DNA of 62,280 bases, filler included, from Choristocarpus tenellus KU-1152 (GCA_964200185.2; 12 parts of 12 records of this genome joined end to end with filler, not necessarily neighbours in it), one strand, 5' to 3'. Shown: positions 26,661 to 40,970, counted from the whole stretch's first letter. Program-made: numbers and translations. The notes: generated by a model not told the origin, from the sequence alone.

Positions 26661-29600
26661 CACCGCCAACAGAAGTGACAAGCCCAAAAGGGGAACACAC
26701 GTCAGATGCAGGGCCTGTGGGGGTGTGTGATGTGAATGAAAATGAAGGTGAAGAAGGAGATGATAGGGTGGCCAGGGCAGTGGTACGAATCGTTGATGGC
26801 ATGAATCTCAATGATGCAGAGACATCTGCCCTGCGGATGGGCATAGCTCGTGGGGATGACTCCATCAAGGCAGCTGTTGAGTTGTTCAGGTGGGTGATGA
26901 ACTGTTGAAGGTATTTTGGTGTTGACATTGTAGATTTCCTCACATTTTATTTTTGCATCAGTCAAGCATGCTCACTCTTGGGGGGTATTGGTGGTTGACT
27001 GGGGGGGGGTATGAATGGGACTAGGGTCAGGGGCTGTGGTGTGGTGTGAGAGAGGTTTGTACCTTGCTACCATGTTGCTCAATTTCTGATCAGACAAAAA
27101 GCTCGCCTGACTATCGTAGTGCTTTTGCCAATTATTTCAGTTCAGATGTAAAATTTGACTTGTGAAGTGCAACTGACTGGCCTAGTGGCATAGTAGTATA
27201 TCAGTATTTGACACAAAAATGGAAATGAGTGATGGTATTGATAGACCTCTGTGCAATGCAAAATGATACTTAGTATGTATTATGTAGTGTGATAAAAAAC
27301 AAAGTATTGATGATTTAGTATTAATGATTTAGTTCTCGAAAATGCGACTCGTATATACTTGAAGGAGTTTTATCAGAGAAGCAGTAATTTTACAGGTTTG
27401 GGTTTAGATGTGTCCATACAGTAGATGCTCAGAAAACGATTCTCAACAATGGAACTGGTTGTTGTGGGGTGGAATTTCCAAGTTTATCCGAAGTGCTTGA
27501 TCTTTTGCAGTTGCATGGACCAACAATCAGGTTCACTTAGAGCATCAACGAATGGATGTGTATCTATCTGCACTGGCTCCTACTGATTATTCATTCTCCT
27601 TTATCTTGCCTGCCAAGAAGTCAAATGGCCTTTTGCTGGGGGAATCCCGGCAACTGGCTGGGCAGTGGACCCATTTTGGAAGGAGTGTTCCCCTTCAGTG
27701 ATTGCCTCACCCTTTCTCCTCACAGTGCATTTGCACTCCTTAAAGCTGTATGATGGCCACACCTTCAGTCACAGGCATCCAGACTCTATCATGGTTATCC
27801 TCCAATATGTTGTTTTTTTGTAGAGCAACTTGGTGCGAGGATCAAGAGCTATACGAGGACCTACAATCACATGAAACCTGCCCTGGGGCTGTCTCTAGGC
27901 TTCCTCTTTGTGCATATCCTAAATGTTCTTTTTATCTGTGAACTGATTGGTTGGGCATGAAGAGATGCCTTCTCATGTACTGGAACACCCAGCGTTTTTG
28001 TTAAGTCTTGTGTGACATGGCACAGTATACGAAATGCCATACTCCTGAGCAAGAACAGTATTACAGAAGTTCAATCAGGTTTGAGGAAGTTGACCCACCC
28101 TCCAAGCGTTGCTGGATTGGTATATTGAATAAGACGGAGGGTCCAAACTGATTGGGTTGGGTCAATGTGGATCCCAAAGCTAGGAAATGTCTTGTTGTAT
28201 TTCAAAGAAGACTCAGGCATGTACACTCAATATACCTTTAACTGATGAAGTGTTTTTGTGTTATGATGTTTATTTTGTTGTTTGTGGTGAAGCGGGTCTA
28301 CAACAAAGAGTAATATAAATATATGAGATTGTTCAATAGTCTTCAACTATTTTGATAATACTCTTACCACAATGTTTTTACAATTCCTCCATCCTTCTCT
28401 TGCCGTTGTACCTATGCCTGCTCACCCACTGCTGCAGCCTGTCACCCCCCCTTTGTGGAGCCAAAGTGTGACAACAGCATCTGTCTGTGCATTTGTCCAT
28501 AGTCCGTCCTTGAGAGAGAACCACTAGGCGATGTTGTGTTCATATTGATGCACCTAGATTTGATTGATGTCCCTGTCATTGCTGCTTGCCCCTAAACAGG
28601 ATCGACAAAGATGAAGCTGAGCTGGAGGACACCTTCAGAAGGGTGTCAAGGTATATTTTGAGGGAGGCTGAAGGAAATGAGGTGAGGAAAGTTACTGCAG
28701 GCAGATGTAAGCTTTGTTTTGATTGGCAACCCTCTCACGACAATGTCAAAAGTCCTTGTCAACCAGTGACAAGTTTCCTACACGCTTCAACTTGCTTCCA
28801 CATACAAGTACTTGGGTTTGTAGAGAGACCATTGCAATGTCAGCTCTCCACTTATGTGTACATTGTGCAGGAATTGATCTTATTATTAGTCCTTGCACTT
28901 CCTGACTATCTTTTTCATAGGCAAGCGGAGGCTTAGTGGATGAGAGCGTAGGGGCACATCTTGAAGAGCAGGAGTCAGAAGGTCCCCTGCTACCGGACAA
29001 CTCATCTAAGGGGGTGGATCTTGTTACTGTTGGACGGGAGAGCCTCTTTGAGGTTTGTTGATGACCATAAGATGTCGTTGTGTTTCTCAAGCATATTTTG
29101 TGGTGCAGTTTGTTCCTATATAGTTGATTTGAGGTGTCCACTACACTGTGTCACAAATTTGTGTGAGGGTGTTGAAGGTCAAATGTTTTTTACCCCCCTT
29201 ATTAATGACATTGCTGTCTTCCTAATGGTATGGTTATGTTGCAAGTCATATACTCAAAATATCCTTCTGAGTGCCGTGTGAGTGTACTTACCGAGTTCTG
29301 CAGCACATGCTGCATAATGGCTATGTAATATGCATCAAGTTCACACTGAAGACGGAAACACACATTCTTTCGAGACTCAGCATCTTGTGCTACATAGTAG
29401 GAAAACCAATCAGTAAAAAGTACACCCAATGCAGTGTGGCAAATGCATCTATTTCCTTTGATTACAGTGCTTATTATCAGGATGTCAGCTTTTATTGCAA
29501 GAGTCTTAACACAGTGAAGCCTGCCCCACAGGAATTAATGGAGTATCTGTGTCAAGAGGGTCTGTTTGACACGGAGCAAAGACAAGTAGTTCTGGAGAAT

Positions 29601-30342
29601 TACCACCGTAGGGACCCTGTAGTCCTTGCAGCCTTGGATGTGAGTGTTTCCTTCACAGTTCATATATCGCTGTATGTGGAGTGCTTATGACCTAAGATAT
29701 AAAATATTTACAAGTCTCCCTATCTCCATCCTTTGCAGTGGCTTGGGATAGTGTGGTGTATACATTGAACATTGTTGGAGTCAGAGGAGTATCAATTCAG
29801 TAGGAAGCTCTGCACACAGCATACAGTGACAAGGAAGCATCAAACCCATACTACAGTAGAGTGTGGTTGGAATCCTAATGTGTGCCAGGGTGTTGAATAT
29901 CTCAGCATTGGCTAAACATGCCAACGGGGTAGTGACCAACAATATATACCTGTTTTGTCTGACTCAGGTGTACAGGCGTGAGAGTGACCTGGAGGAGCTA
30001 GGTAAGCTTACCTGTTGTGCCCCATAGTCTTCATGCACGATGCAACTGGTTAGGTTGTGGTTGAAGAAGTACAACACTTAAGGGCTTGAAAGTTGAGACA
30101 TTTGTAGAGCAGTGTTATTCCCAGGAGACACATTGGACCTTCAATCTCAATTACTTGTGATATTTGCATTTTATTGATTTGTTCATTTTTTTATTGTATT
30201 CTCTTCTATTGAGGTGACTCGTTAATTTCACCTTGTGCATGAACGGCAATCAAAACTGCTAATCTACATTATGACCTTGCTATCATCCCAACCCCTGCCT
30301 CTCTGTTTTTCAGTTGACACGTTGAAGCGCCTGTCATCATGA
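26661..30342 (+). CDS. Uncharacterised protein with repeated helical module (3' portion)
   Basis: Exons 26661-26889, 28600-28681, 28921-29052, 29532-29639, 29968-30001 and 30314-30342 splice in frame to a TGA. They give two copies of a module: GDDSIKAAVELFRIDKDEAELEDTFRRV and RDPVVLAALDVYRRESDLEELVDTLKRL. Confidence 0.8.
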
Positions 30343-31242
30343 TATGAGGGCAAGCTTCAAACAGGATGTACATTATGGCAGGAATTGGTAATATTGTTGT
30401 ATCAAAGAAAAGATGGGGAAGGAGAAGCTGGTGAGGGATGCCGATCCTGGGATAGCAACCATAGTGTACAAGCACACAAACTATCCCTCTTGTACAGTCA
30501 TCTGTTGTTCCTGTCCATTATATAGCTGTATTGATATACCAGGAAGTCTTAATATCAAAAGCGGCTGGATGAAGGAATTTAGAGAATGCTAGAAATGGTT
30601 AGGCACAAGGGTTTAAAGCAGGTGCCCATCCCTCATGGTGCTTTTTGATGGTGTTTTGTGCCACACAGAGCGGGTTGACTAAATGGATGAGAGTTTTAGA
30701 TTAGGCATCCTTCTTTGCGGACCCTTCAAGTTTGGTCATGACTCTGGGTCTAACATACAGCTCCAATCAAACAAAATTACTCACAAATATCCAGTGGAAT
30801 GAGATCTATGTACAATTTGACATGCGTGAGAAATACTCATCAACAATTCACACAAGAGCTTAGCAATGAAGTAATGACTGGGACAAAATTGAAGGGACAC
30901 AGCATGATTGCTTTTTGTGCAAGCACCCACTTGAATCGGTTTTCCATTTATTTCCTTTCAAAATGCCAACCTTGTCTCACAATAGTCGACACAGCAGAAA
31001 CAGGTATGCCATCTTTTCATGGGCAAGTCTGGCGAGGTTCCAAGTCTGCAAATATTTCTCCTCTTGTCTACACTTCTGTTAGACATGTACATGGTGTACA
31101 ACTCATTACAAAAAATTGACATGTGCCTGCTCATCTAGCGTTTTAAAAAAAATACATAATTTGAAAAGGCTACACAGACAAGGCTAACTAACCATAGAGC
31201 TCTGTGCTACCTAGGGCAATTTTGGATATTTGTGATGATATG

Positions 31243-34200
31243 TCATAAACCCTTCCCTCTTGCACCTTTCCTTGACAAACGCTCCTCCACCTCTGTAATG
31301 TACTCCTCCATACCCCCGTCCCGTCGTTCTACCCTTCGTTTGTATACTGTCCAAAGCTCCCCCTTATCACTGTCTACCATGTCGGTTATTAGACCCTGGT
31401 CATGAGAAACCAACACCACTCCTCCACTGTAGCCACACAGAGCCTCTTTAAGTGCATCTATTGATGGCATATCCAGATGGTTAGTTGGCTGGGGAAGAAG
31501 GGGGGTTGGGAGGTAGATTGTTAGATAGCTGAAAACTCCACAGGTGTTGAGAGTTCACAATTACCTATGTACCCATGCAACCAATTTTTTCCCAGTTTTT
31601 GTAACTAATGTTAGCAATAAGCCTCCTCACGCACCACGAATACACTTCATTCAAGATCTGCCTATAGTGTTAGAACTGAAATCCCTAAGATCAAATGTAT
31701 TTGATTCTTTAACATTCTGTCAGCGAGTAAAACAAATCTGTAAGGGAGGTTGTGTACACGAATATCCAGCACAAACATCATGAGGACCAAAACAAAAGTA
31801 TGCAAGAGGTAGGATGCCACAAAAGGATGATACACCTGTCTCCATTTAGTGGAGCAAAGGAGGTTATTGCCAAATCACGAAATACACTCACCTCGTCGAG
31901 CAAGAGGATGTGTGGGCGATGGAGCATGAGTTCGGACAAAACCACTCTGCTCTTTTGTCCGCCAGAAAGGGTTCCGATGGGCATTAGGGCAAGGTCACCG
32001 CAGATGCCACAGGAGCCTGCCAGGAGACAAGGTAGAAGAAGAAATTTCAGAGCTCAGGGAGGATAGTTAACGTTGCATCTCATAATATGTCGACCGCCAC
32101 AAAGAATCCAGAGAAGGATGGTCAAGCAAAAAAATTGAAAAAAATGTTCCATTTCATTTCTTGACCGGAGGAATTGACCTACCCAGTTGCTTGCGAAGGT
32201 CTTCTTCGTTTGTGCTGGGAAAGACTTGTGTCAGATGCTGCAGAGGGCTCTGGGTCATGTTGAGCTTTTCTTGATGCCGCTATTGTTGGTTGCACGCACA
32301 ACAAGAAGGGCGGTGTGTCTGAGAACAGGCAACAATCTCACAAGAATACATTCTTTGAGAGGATGCAGACTGCATACATTCCTTAACGGAAGCACTACTC
32401 TCTGCACTATGACATATCCTTCACACATCCTCCCTCTGCACAAATACTTTCTTTAGCAGACTCCCAATATGTGACACATCTCTGTCAACACGGTTCTGGC
32501 GGTCAAGGAGAAAAACAAACTCTCAATACAGAACGTGTCACTTCTTTACTCTCACAATCGAAAATTAGCCAAGCACTTCTTCAAGTTTACCTGGGTGAAG
32601 AGACCCATTCGAGTGTTGCGATATACGGCAATCTGTCCCTTTGTAGGCTGCAATGGTTCCCGTTCCCCACCTGACCCCAGCCCAACGTTTACTTCTCCAG
32701 CATCAGCAATCAGACGCAATAGAGTGCTCTTGCCAGATCCATTATGACCTAACAATACCACCCGACTCTTTAAAGTCAAATCAAGGTTAACTCCTTCCAG
32801 CAGTGGGCGGGTTGCTGCAATAGATTGTTGTTGTCCTTTCCCTCCCAACAATTGTTGATTGCTTTGTGAAACCTTGGTGTTGTCAGCACCCACATTGCCA
32901 CCACTACCACTGAAGGAGAAGAACACATCTCGGCATTGTACCAGGGGGGCATCAGGACCACATGGGAGAGGATCGACCTCAGGGAAGCGAAATACTGTTT
33001 CCCTGTCCACTTGAGCAGCCACACTGTGAAATGTGTGGGGTGAGTTCAAGTAAATGTGTTATTAATATGAATACCATACATGACAAAGATAAATGATTGG
33101 GATCTATACTGTCAGCAAGGGAACAAAATTGTCAACCTGCCTGCTCCTAGGAGGTGGTGGCGGCTGTCCATTTGGGGTCAATTTTTTTCATGTCGTGGTT
33201 TTTGGGTGATTTGGTTGCATACATCGGATGGATAATGTCAGTACACTTCTCCTGGTTATGGCGCAAATGGACACGCTGGTGTAGACCCCCTCCCCCCAGA
33301 CACTTGGGGTCTAGGAATAAATACATCACTAGTTGTTTCACAAGTGACTGGTTGTACACTTGAAGTGTCTTTGGGTCTTGCATAGGGACAGGCCTACACC
33401 AAGGTCTTTTTGCACATTTAATAGCAAGGAGGTCAGGTACTTCTTCAGGATTGTACTTCTAGGATAGTGGGGTTACACTCAATTCGTCAAACAATATAAA
33501 ACACATGAAGTCGTAGTGTCCAGAAACAAGGACGAAATCCCAACTGGGATTATCGCCATCTGTGCATACACTAGCCAAGAACATAACTCTTAGAGACCCG
33601 CTTCATTAAGAAATCCTCCAGCCCACTCCTCGGATATTAAATAAATTGCTTTGATTGACCAAATTTGGTCTTCTTACTCTCCTCACACAAGAAGATCGGC
33701 TAACATCCTTCTAATAACTCGGTGGAGTGCGATCATATACTAATTCACTATGACTGAAACAACGAAACTAGTTATGGTCGTGGGGAAACCTTGCCCTCAA
33801 GACGTCATAATTCTATTTCACCTGCGACGAGTCATCTTCCCGTTTTTCCACCCCAGGGCGTTCTCATTCACAGCACCTTGCCGGATACTGCTGCCGTCCA
33901 AGTAGACATTGTGTTGGCATTTGAACCTGGGCAAGAGATATGGGAGCGGAACAAGGTGTTCTGTTGCCAGAGGTGAATTCATTCCCAAACTACATCTGCA
34001 CAGACAAGTTCTTTCTTTGCCAAGTCTTCATTAATGGGTTAGATGAATGCTAAGTCTTACTTCCTAGGAATACAGTAATGCTTTATTTGCAGCGGAGCAT
34101 GTCTCCTATCATATAGTCATCCCTCAGGCTGTTCAAGAGTCCCTAAACTGCATCTACCAACATACTATTTTTTATGTTCTGAGGCGGTTTACGTTCATTT

Positions 34201-36468
34201 CTCACACTTTTTTGTCATAAGCATGTTAGAGGGACTTCACTTTCATTATTCAACCCTCCGTGCAATATTGAAATGGTGGAATATGAACTGGTTGGAAGCG
34301 ACTACCCAAAGAATGAGAAGAAAAACATTACTATCAAAAGGCCTTAAGAGTGCTTACACCCTTACAGCAGTGTACTGTTGTCACACAAGCCTCACAACCT
34401 CTGAGCACAACCATGAGAAATAAAAAACAACTATGTAGCCAAGAAGTGAAGTGGATATTCAGTAAACCTTTCGCACCTGTGACCGTGAATGTTCTTTTCT
34501 AGGCCATGGCGGTCAAGCTTTTTCTTTCTCGAAGCAACCTGTTCAAAGCAAATTCCGTACATCAAAATGTAGAAAGATTTACAACATTTGTACTTGGAAG
34601 CAGCATGCAAAAACTACTCAGAAGAAAATAGTAGTAACAATGGAAGTAGTACTCCCACCCAGCGCTGAGACAAGGACGGCCTGAGGTGTGTCTGATGTGG
34701 GATAATACTGTTGATGTACCAGTTCACAGATAAGAGGAAAGACTAATATTTACAACGTGAGCACTGAGAACCACAAGAACCTCTCCTCCCATGTATCACC
34801 AGGCAAAAGACATTTAGAACAACCTTCGTATCATTCCTCCCATGTGCTGGACTTGCAGCATACAACAAACAAGGCAGAATATCAAGTTCCCACAGCTGTG
34901 TCTCTTTACCTGCCCCAGTTTCTTCTGGTCCCCACCCTTTCCTGTGGCCGCCTTTTCCATCTTCTTTACAGACAGCTCCATGTGCTTGCGCTGCCGTCCA
35001 AGTGCGTCCTCACTGTTATTGGTGAACGCGTCCTTGTCCATCTTTGTCTTGACAAGTAATATAAAAGCAATTATGGGAGGTACATTATGTGTTTAGTCAA
35101 GGTGGACTCGCACATTGGGGAACAAAAAAACTCTTGAGGAAAAATTCACACAAGCATGTGGGTGCATATTTCTGGCAAAGTATAGGAAATAGATATTGGG
35201 ATGTAGCATTTGACCCTTCTAAGGTCTATGTGGAATCGGTTATATGTACTTCCAGTGAAGAGTGGGGTGTGCTGCATGTGTCTGTTCTTGTGAGCTGGGG
35301 GAAAAAGAGATCTAGGAAGTTAGCACAGAACTAATGAGCAAAAGCAAAAACGTGAATGTTATCAAGAAGAATGACCATCCCAACTGCACCTCCCTCAATC
35401 TCAGGGGTGTAGTGATCACTGTTTCTTGCTTTCTCCTCAGAAGGCCATACTCTTTGGCAGAGACTAGACACAAGTAGACACATTCAAGACATTGCTCTAA
35501 CAGAAAACCATTTTACAACAAAGCAATCCACGAACACAGAATATCATTTTCCCCTTCTCAGCACCAGGTACAAGGACATCACGTTTTCTTCAATGAGCTG
35601 GCGTTTCTTCTTTGACGAGAGTGTATGGTCACCCCTCCACAAGGAAGTAGGCACACACCTTTTGGAATTCTGAATAGTTCCCTGGATAATAGTGTAAACC
35701 TTTCTGATGAAAGTGGATGATGTCAGTGGACACAGCATCAAGGAAAGCAGCATTGTGGGACACCAGCACCACGGTGGTTTCAGACGCCTGTTGAAGGTGT
35801 TGTTGAAGCCAGAGCACCCCTTCCAAGTCAAGATGGTTTGTCGGCTCATCAAGAAGAAGAATGTCTGTAGGAAAGTGGTTTGAGAGGTGAAGAGGGCTTC
35901 TTGTTAGTCTGTTGTTGGTTGGGCAAGCAGCAGGGAGGGGTCATCCAAGGTAGTAATTCACACATCTCCGTTTTTTCTCTGAACAATCTCTCCTTCTAAG
36001 AGCGAATGCTGCTATGGTTGTTTACTATCCAGCAATGACCAGCTTGTGAGGTATGCATGGTGCCCAAGGGAAAGAAGAGCTCCTGTTGAAACAATAGTAT
36101 TACACTCGATAGGATTGAACAAGCCCAGCCATTCAAGTACTTGTCGTGCTCCTTACACCTTGAATTTTACAAAAGATATACCATACTAAAAAGAAACTAC
36201 CACAGCAAGAACAACTAAGAGATGGGTTAGTCTTGCTCACCTCACGCCAGTCTACATGCCACTCTGAAGTACAATAATAAGCAATACAACAGATGCAGAA
36301 CAAAGTCAGCAGCAACTACATACCGGGGCAGCACTGTAGAGCACAGGCCAGGGCAAGGCGCATCATCCATCCTCCAGAGAGATTCTTGGTAGGCTGTGAT
36401 ATTTTGGAGTCTGAGAATCCAAGGCCCTTGAGTGTGCTCAGTGCACGACCCTCTGCCCCATGTGCACC
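31243..36468 (-). CDS. ABC-F family ATPase (ABCF/GCN20-like translation factor), 5' truncated
   Basis: Nine phase-compatible exons: 36468-36324, 35864-35659, 35047-34910, 34538-34477, 33926-33822, 33023-32591, 32279-32183, 32016-31892, 31488-31243. Motifs LSGGWMMRLAL, LLLDEPTNHLD, YPGNYSEF, GHNGSGKST, LSGGQKSR, LLLDEPTNHLD, VSHD; no transmembrane domain. Confidence 0.95.
33148..33311 (-). mobile_element. MITE family B, one end eroded (in ABCF intron)
   Basis: Reverse-complement homology to 25845-26019. Confidence 0.8.
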
Positions 36469-36512
36469 CTGTAGAGAGGGAAGAAGGGGATGAATCATAG
36501 GGGGCCTTTCTA

Positions 36513-36612
36513 NNNNNNNNNNNNNNNNNNNNNNNNNNNNNNNNNNNNNNNNNNNNTTAATTAATTAANNNNNNNNNNNNNNNNNNNNNNNNNNNNNNNN
36601 NNNNNNNNNNNN
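36513..36612. other. Artificial contig linker
   Basis: 44N-TTAATTAATTAA-44N. Confidence 0.98.
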
Positions 36613-36681
36613 CAAAAATCGCGACATGGAAAAATTGACCCCAAATGGACAGCCGCCACCCCCCCCCAGATACTTTGAGCC
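36613..36681 (+). mobile_element. MITE family B, partial at contig start
   Basis: Matches the right half of family B, ending CCAGATACTTTGAGCC. Confidence 0.8.
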
Positions 36682-38036
36682 TGTGATGATATAAATGCCA
36701 GTGATTTGCAACTACTATATTATTTATATTATTATGCCCTCTGACATTTTGCAGATGTTTCAGGAGGGAAACCAATGACTATATGGTGGTGGTAGCATGA
36801 TACTGTTATTGTTAGCCTTTTACAGGAGGAATTATTATTGGACGGAAGACTTAATAATTCAAAATGGCATACATACACTTCAGGAGGGTGGTCCTGAAGA
36901 GTCTGTTGTATTCCAGTGTTAAGCTGTCCTTGGCAATCTGTTGTCACACACAACCAGTAATATTATTGTTTATTGGCTTGTATCACAGTTGAGAAGAGAG
37001 TGAGATACCATCACTAGGTGGGGCTCACCAATCCTTATAGAAAAATGACTCAGAATACCAAATGACTCAACAGTTCTCTAGTACACGTCAGAAACACACC
37101 AACTCTAACATTCCTGACTACCTCTTAGTTGGTTTGACTCCTAAGCAGTAAGATGCGAGCTCCACTGGAATACTCTCTTCCCTGCTTCCGTTCCCAGCTA
37201 ATCAGTATTGCTCGCCTATCTTGCCGAAAATAATAAAACCCTTGGCTCTAACTTGCCAATCCTGGGCTCTAGTGAAACACGTATTACAGCTATCTTGAAT
37301 TGCACCTTTAAATGTCAGCAAGTCGTGGATCTGACCCTATCTACATACTTTCCTGTTTATGCTGGGTTGCTCACTATTAATAGTTCTCGAACCATTCTCA
37401 TCCGGACCTGTACCTATTTTCACGGTCGCCTCAACAAACCACGATCATAATAAAAATGTCGAAGCCTGAAAAATACCTTAACTGGAAGATTAGAACCATA
37501 ACATTGACGTGGTATCAACTAGGAGCAACAAAGTACAGTGAGTGGCAGAGTCGAGATACACCAAGACCATTCATGGACTACCACACATTACTCTAAACGA
37601 GTGAAAGATGATTGCTGCAAAAAATTGTTCCTGATTGTGTCATTGGGTTTGGGAAGCCTTTAGTGGGATGCGTACATGACTTGCAGTGGTGCAGGAATAG
37701 TTTTTATATGGGCTTATGTTCCTTAGAATTTGATGACTGCCCTTGGAAGAACGAGAGGAGAAAATTTGTCCAGATCAACTATCCCACTGCATACAGCCAA
37801 TACCATAAGGAGGGACCATATATGACTAATATTAATAATGTCATATGTCATTGGTGATACAAAATGTGTGCAAACCAGTCGGGCTTGGCATCCGCCATTA
37901 GGACATACATCAACCACAGAATCTTCAACAGACCAATGAATTTGTGCCGTGCCCATCGTTGAGTAGGAACTAGTAGCAATAGTTGGTCGTAGATATGAAC
38001 AGTGCAACTGGTACACTTGATTCATACACAATCTTT

Positions 38037-38206
38037 GGCTCAAGTATCTGGGCGGGGTAGCAGCTGTCCATTTGGGGTTACTTTTAATGTCGCGATTCTT
38101 GGGTTATTTGGCTGCATACGTCGGATGGATATTGCAAGTGCACTTTTCCTGGTTTTGACCCAAATGGACACCCTGGTGTACACCCCCCTCCCGGATACTT
38201 TGGGTC
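38037..38206 (-). mobile_element. MITE family B
   Basis: GGCTCAAGTATCTGG ... CCGGATACTTTGGGTC; internal homology to other B copies. Confidence 0.85.
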
Positions 38207-38272
38207 TCTTTGTGAAGAAAAACGTTGGTCTAGTTCGCCATCATGCTGTTGACAGCTATAGCAAAGTATATT

Positions 38273-38526
38273 GAACCAATCCAATTGAGAGGTAGAGGGT
38301 TGCATAGTAAGGGTCTCGAGAAAGTACAAAAAGACGCTATTTTGTACAAAAGCAGAGTATTTGCTTAATTGTGGGGAAACATTGTGTGTGGAAAGGGGGA
38401 ACATCAATTTTTGCATACACTATTGTGCACAAAAAGCAATGAAACGGAGGGTATTGCACAGGGTAAGAAAGATGGCTTAGAGTGCAAAAGGGTCCAAACC
38501 TGCCTACCTCTCAACTGGTTCCGTTC
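38273..38526 (+). mobile_element. MITE family C, full length (~254 bp)
   Basis: TIRs GAACCAATCCAATTGAGAGGTAG / CTACCTCTCAACTGGTTCCGTTC; 3-bp duplication ATT; homologous to 61272-61540, 40830-40970, 60526 and 4180-4288. Confidence 0.8.
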
Positions 38527-39728
38527 ATTGACCCAAGGAATCTCATGCACTAAAGCACAACAAAAAGATAAATCAGTCAAAAGGAAGTAGGAAACTATAA
38601 AGTGAATTCTTGGGGCTGTGGGAAAACCTCATGTTGAATGCAGCTTTAAACCTTGCTTGGTGGGACAGAGGTAGGAGCGTTTAGTGATTAACTGTACTGT
38701 ATTTTCTAGAGTGCAACAAGTAGAAAATCAAGGATGAGACAGTAAACAAGCACAACAGCTAGAACTGCCTAAGCCTCCATCCAAGGGAGAAAACGCGTCA
38801 CACACGATGCTCAATCCATCTTCAGCTCCTGACTCGATATGTCATGGAAGCACAAAAAACTGACGATTCTAGTTTCCCTCTTAATGACTGTATAACCTCT
38901 CCTATCCTGATTTATATTTAAGGAGTACTTAACAGCACACACAATCAATCTACCTAGGGACAACCTCGTACTATATGCTTTGTATGTTACTTATAAATTC
39001 ATCAATGTATCTATGGACGTAGAAATTGTTGTTCTTCAGTATGCTACTAAACATAGCATTCTTCTAAATCTAATAGACTACTTCAACATGCTCGTTCCAA
39101 AAATCAACAACCATCTGATGATCAGCAGTGCCAATTTACGAACAAAAAACGTGCACTGTATATGCATCTATAATCGGAACCTGGATTGCCAATGAACATC
39201 AAATTTTCATCCGCTACTACTACTACACACAGCTGTCCCAACACAGACATTACAAAGCCTAAAACAGACAAAAAAGACAAAGTACATTACCTAAGAAGTT
39301 CATCTTGGAGTGTTGCTTGCTGTCCAAGAGAGCAACTACTACTTGTGTTGTACTTGTAGCGCTACATCAAACACTAAAAGTATTTTCCGAGGTATACATC
39401 CCAATAACACAATAAACACCTCACCAACAATGCAACACGTGGAAATGGTAAACTGAGGTGCAACAACAGATAAAGGTCAATAAAACCATCAGCTTTGCAG
39501 TACGAGCACGGGCGGAGCAATCATCACCATTTCTTAGCGCTAGCAACAGTGGTTGGAACCTCAGTCCTCTGACAGCCCTCTTAACTATGGAATGGAATAC
39601 CCCCATTCACGCTCACAAAACGTTTTACTTCCTTTTGAAGTTGAATCACCAGCAGCTGCATGAATGCACTCAGACTAACAGTACACAGGGACTGGAGTGC
39701 ATTCGGCTTACTGCCCCTCCTTACTCAC

Positions 39729-39819
39729 GTCTCAACTACCTCTCCATCTCTGGGTACTGGCTTGGCACCTGCGCCTTGGGGTTTTGGTCCTGGTAGTCCA
39801 TTTCATACACCATTTGTCC
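39729..39819 (-). CDS. Candidate exon of an unidentified gene
   Basis: Strong acceptor context (C-rich tract, CTCAC repeats, TAG) and a GTGAGT donor; one frame reads GQMVYEMDYQDQNPKAQVPSQYPEME. It could not be joined convincingly to other exons. Confidence 0.3.
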
Positions 39820-40478
39820 CTAAGAGTGCACGTGGGGAGGGGGGGAGGGAGGATGGGTGAGGTGAGGTGAGGTGGAGATTCAAGTGGGGCTGAGGAAAGA
39901 GGACTCATGCCAACTGCAGAGGAGATAGAAACAGAACATCAGCGTAATAAAATACATACCTACATATGTACATTAACAGAAATACATTTACTAAGAGGGA
40001 AAAAAAAAATGGTTTCTAGGCTCCAAGGGCGGTTTTCCACTGTTCAAAATCGTTGAGGAGATATGTGTGATCCCACAAGCAGATACCACACTGGAAACCT
40101 GAAGCCCACCAATGCAATCCATCAACAACGAGCAGTGCATTGGAAATACCAGAACCCTTGCATCTACAGTAACGCCCTTTATCTCTACAAAGATCCTAGC
40201 AGTTGCACAGCTGCGCCAAAAAAATTGAACAGTCGGTTCGGGGATTGACCTACTGAGTTGGGAACAATCTCAACCTCATGGGGCGTCCAATGAAGCAACA
40301 GTCTCTTGCATGCGGCAGATGAGAACCGTGCGAGGGGGGGAGCCCCATGGTCTCAAATGAACACAGTTCAAAGGCGCTCCCGAGGTGCAAGGGATCCCCC
40401 AAACATGGAGGTATTGCTGCGATTGGGGCTCTGAGGACACAGCGAGAGGCTGGGTCATGGGGAAGCTTTTCTTACCCT

Positions 40479-40655
40479 GGCTCAAAGAGTCTCAGAGGGG
40501 TGGCAGCTGTCCATTAGGAGCCAATTTTTTCATATCGCAATTCTTGGGTGATTTGGTTCCATATGTTGGATGGATAATGAAAGTGCACTTTTCCTGGTTT
40601 TGGTCCAAGTGGACACTCTGGTGTAGACCCCCCCCCCCTCCCCCAGATACTTTGG
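40479..40655 (-). mobile_element. MITE family B at contig end
   Basis: GGCTCAAAG ... CCCAGATACTTTGG; homologous to other B copies. Confidence 0.85.
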
Positions 40656-40755
40656 NNNNNNNNNNNNNNNNNNNNNNNNNNNNNNNNNNNNNNNNNNNNT
40701 TAATTAATTAANNNNNNNNNNNNNNNNNNNNNNNNNNNNNNNNNNNNNNNNNNNN
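40656..40755. other. Artificial contig linker
   Basis: 44N-TTAATTAATTAA-44N. Confidence 0.98.
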
Positions 40756-40829
40756 GTGAAAAACGGAGGCCGACAACCCCCCCCAAGATACTTTGACCCT
40801 CCAGAGTCTTTGCTGAATCATGGTGTCAC

Positions 40830-40970
40830 TTTGTGTGTGGAAAGGGGTAATATCAATTTAGCGTACACTATTGAGCACATAAAGCATGAAATAGAGCGTA
40901 CTGCACAGGGTAAGAAATATGTCGTAGAATTAAAAAGGTCTAACCCTGCCTACCTCTATTGGTCTGACTG
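40830..40970 (+). mobile_element. MITE family C, partial right half
   Basis: ttgtgtgtggaaagggg...cagggtaagaaa...tgcctacctct shared with 38382-38514 and 61395-61525. Confidence 0.7.
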
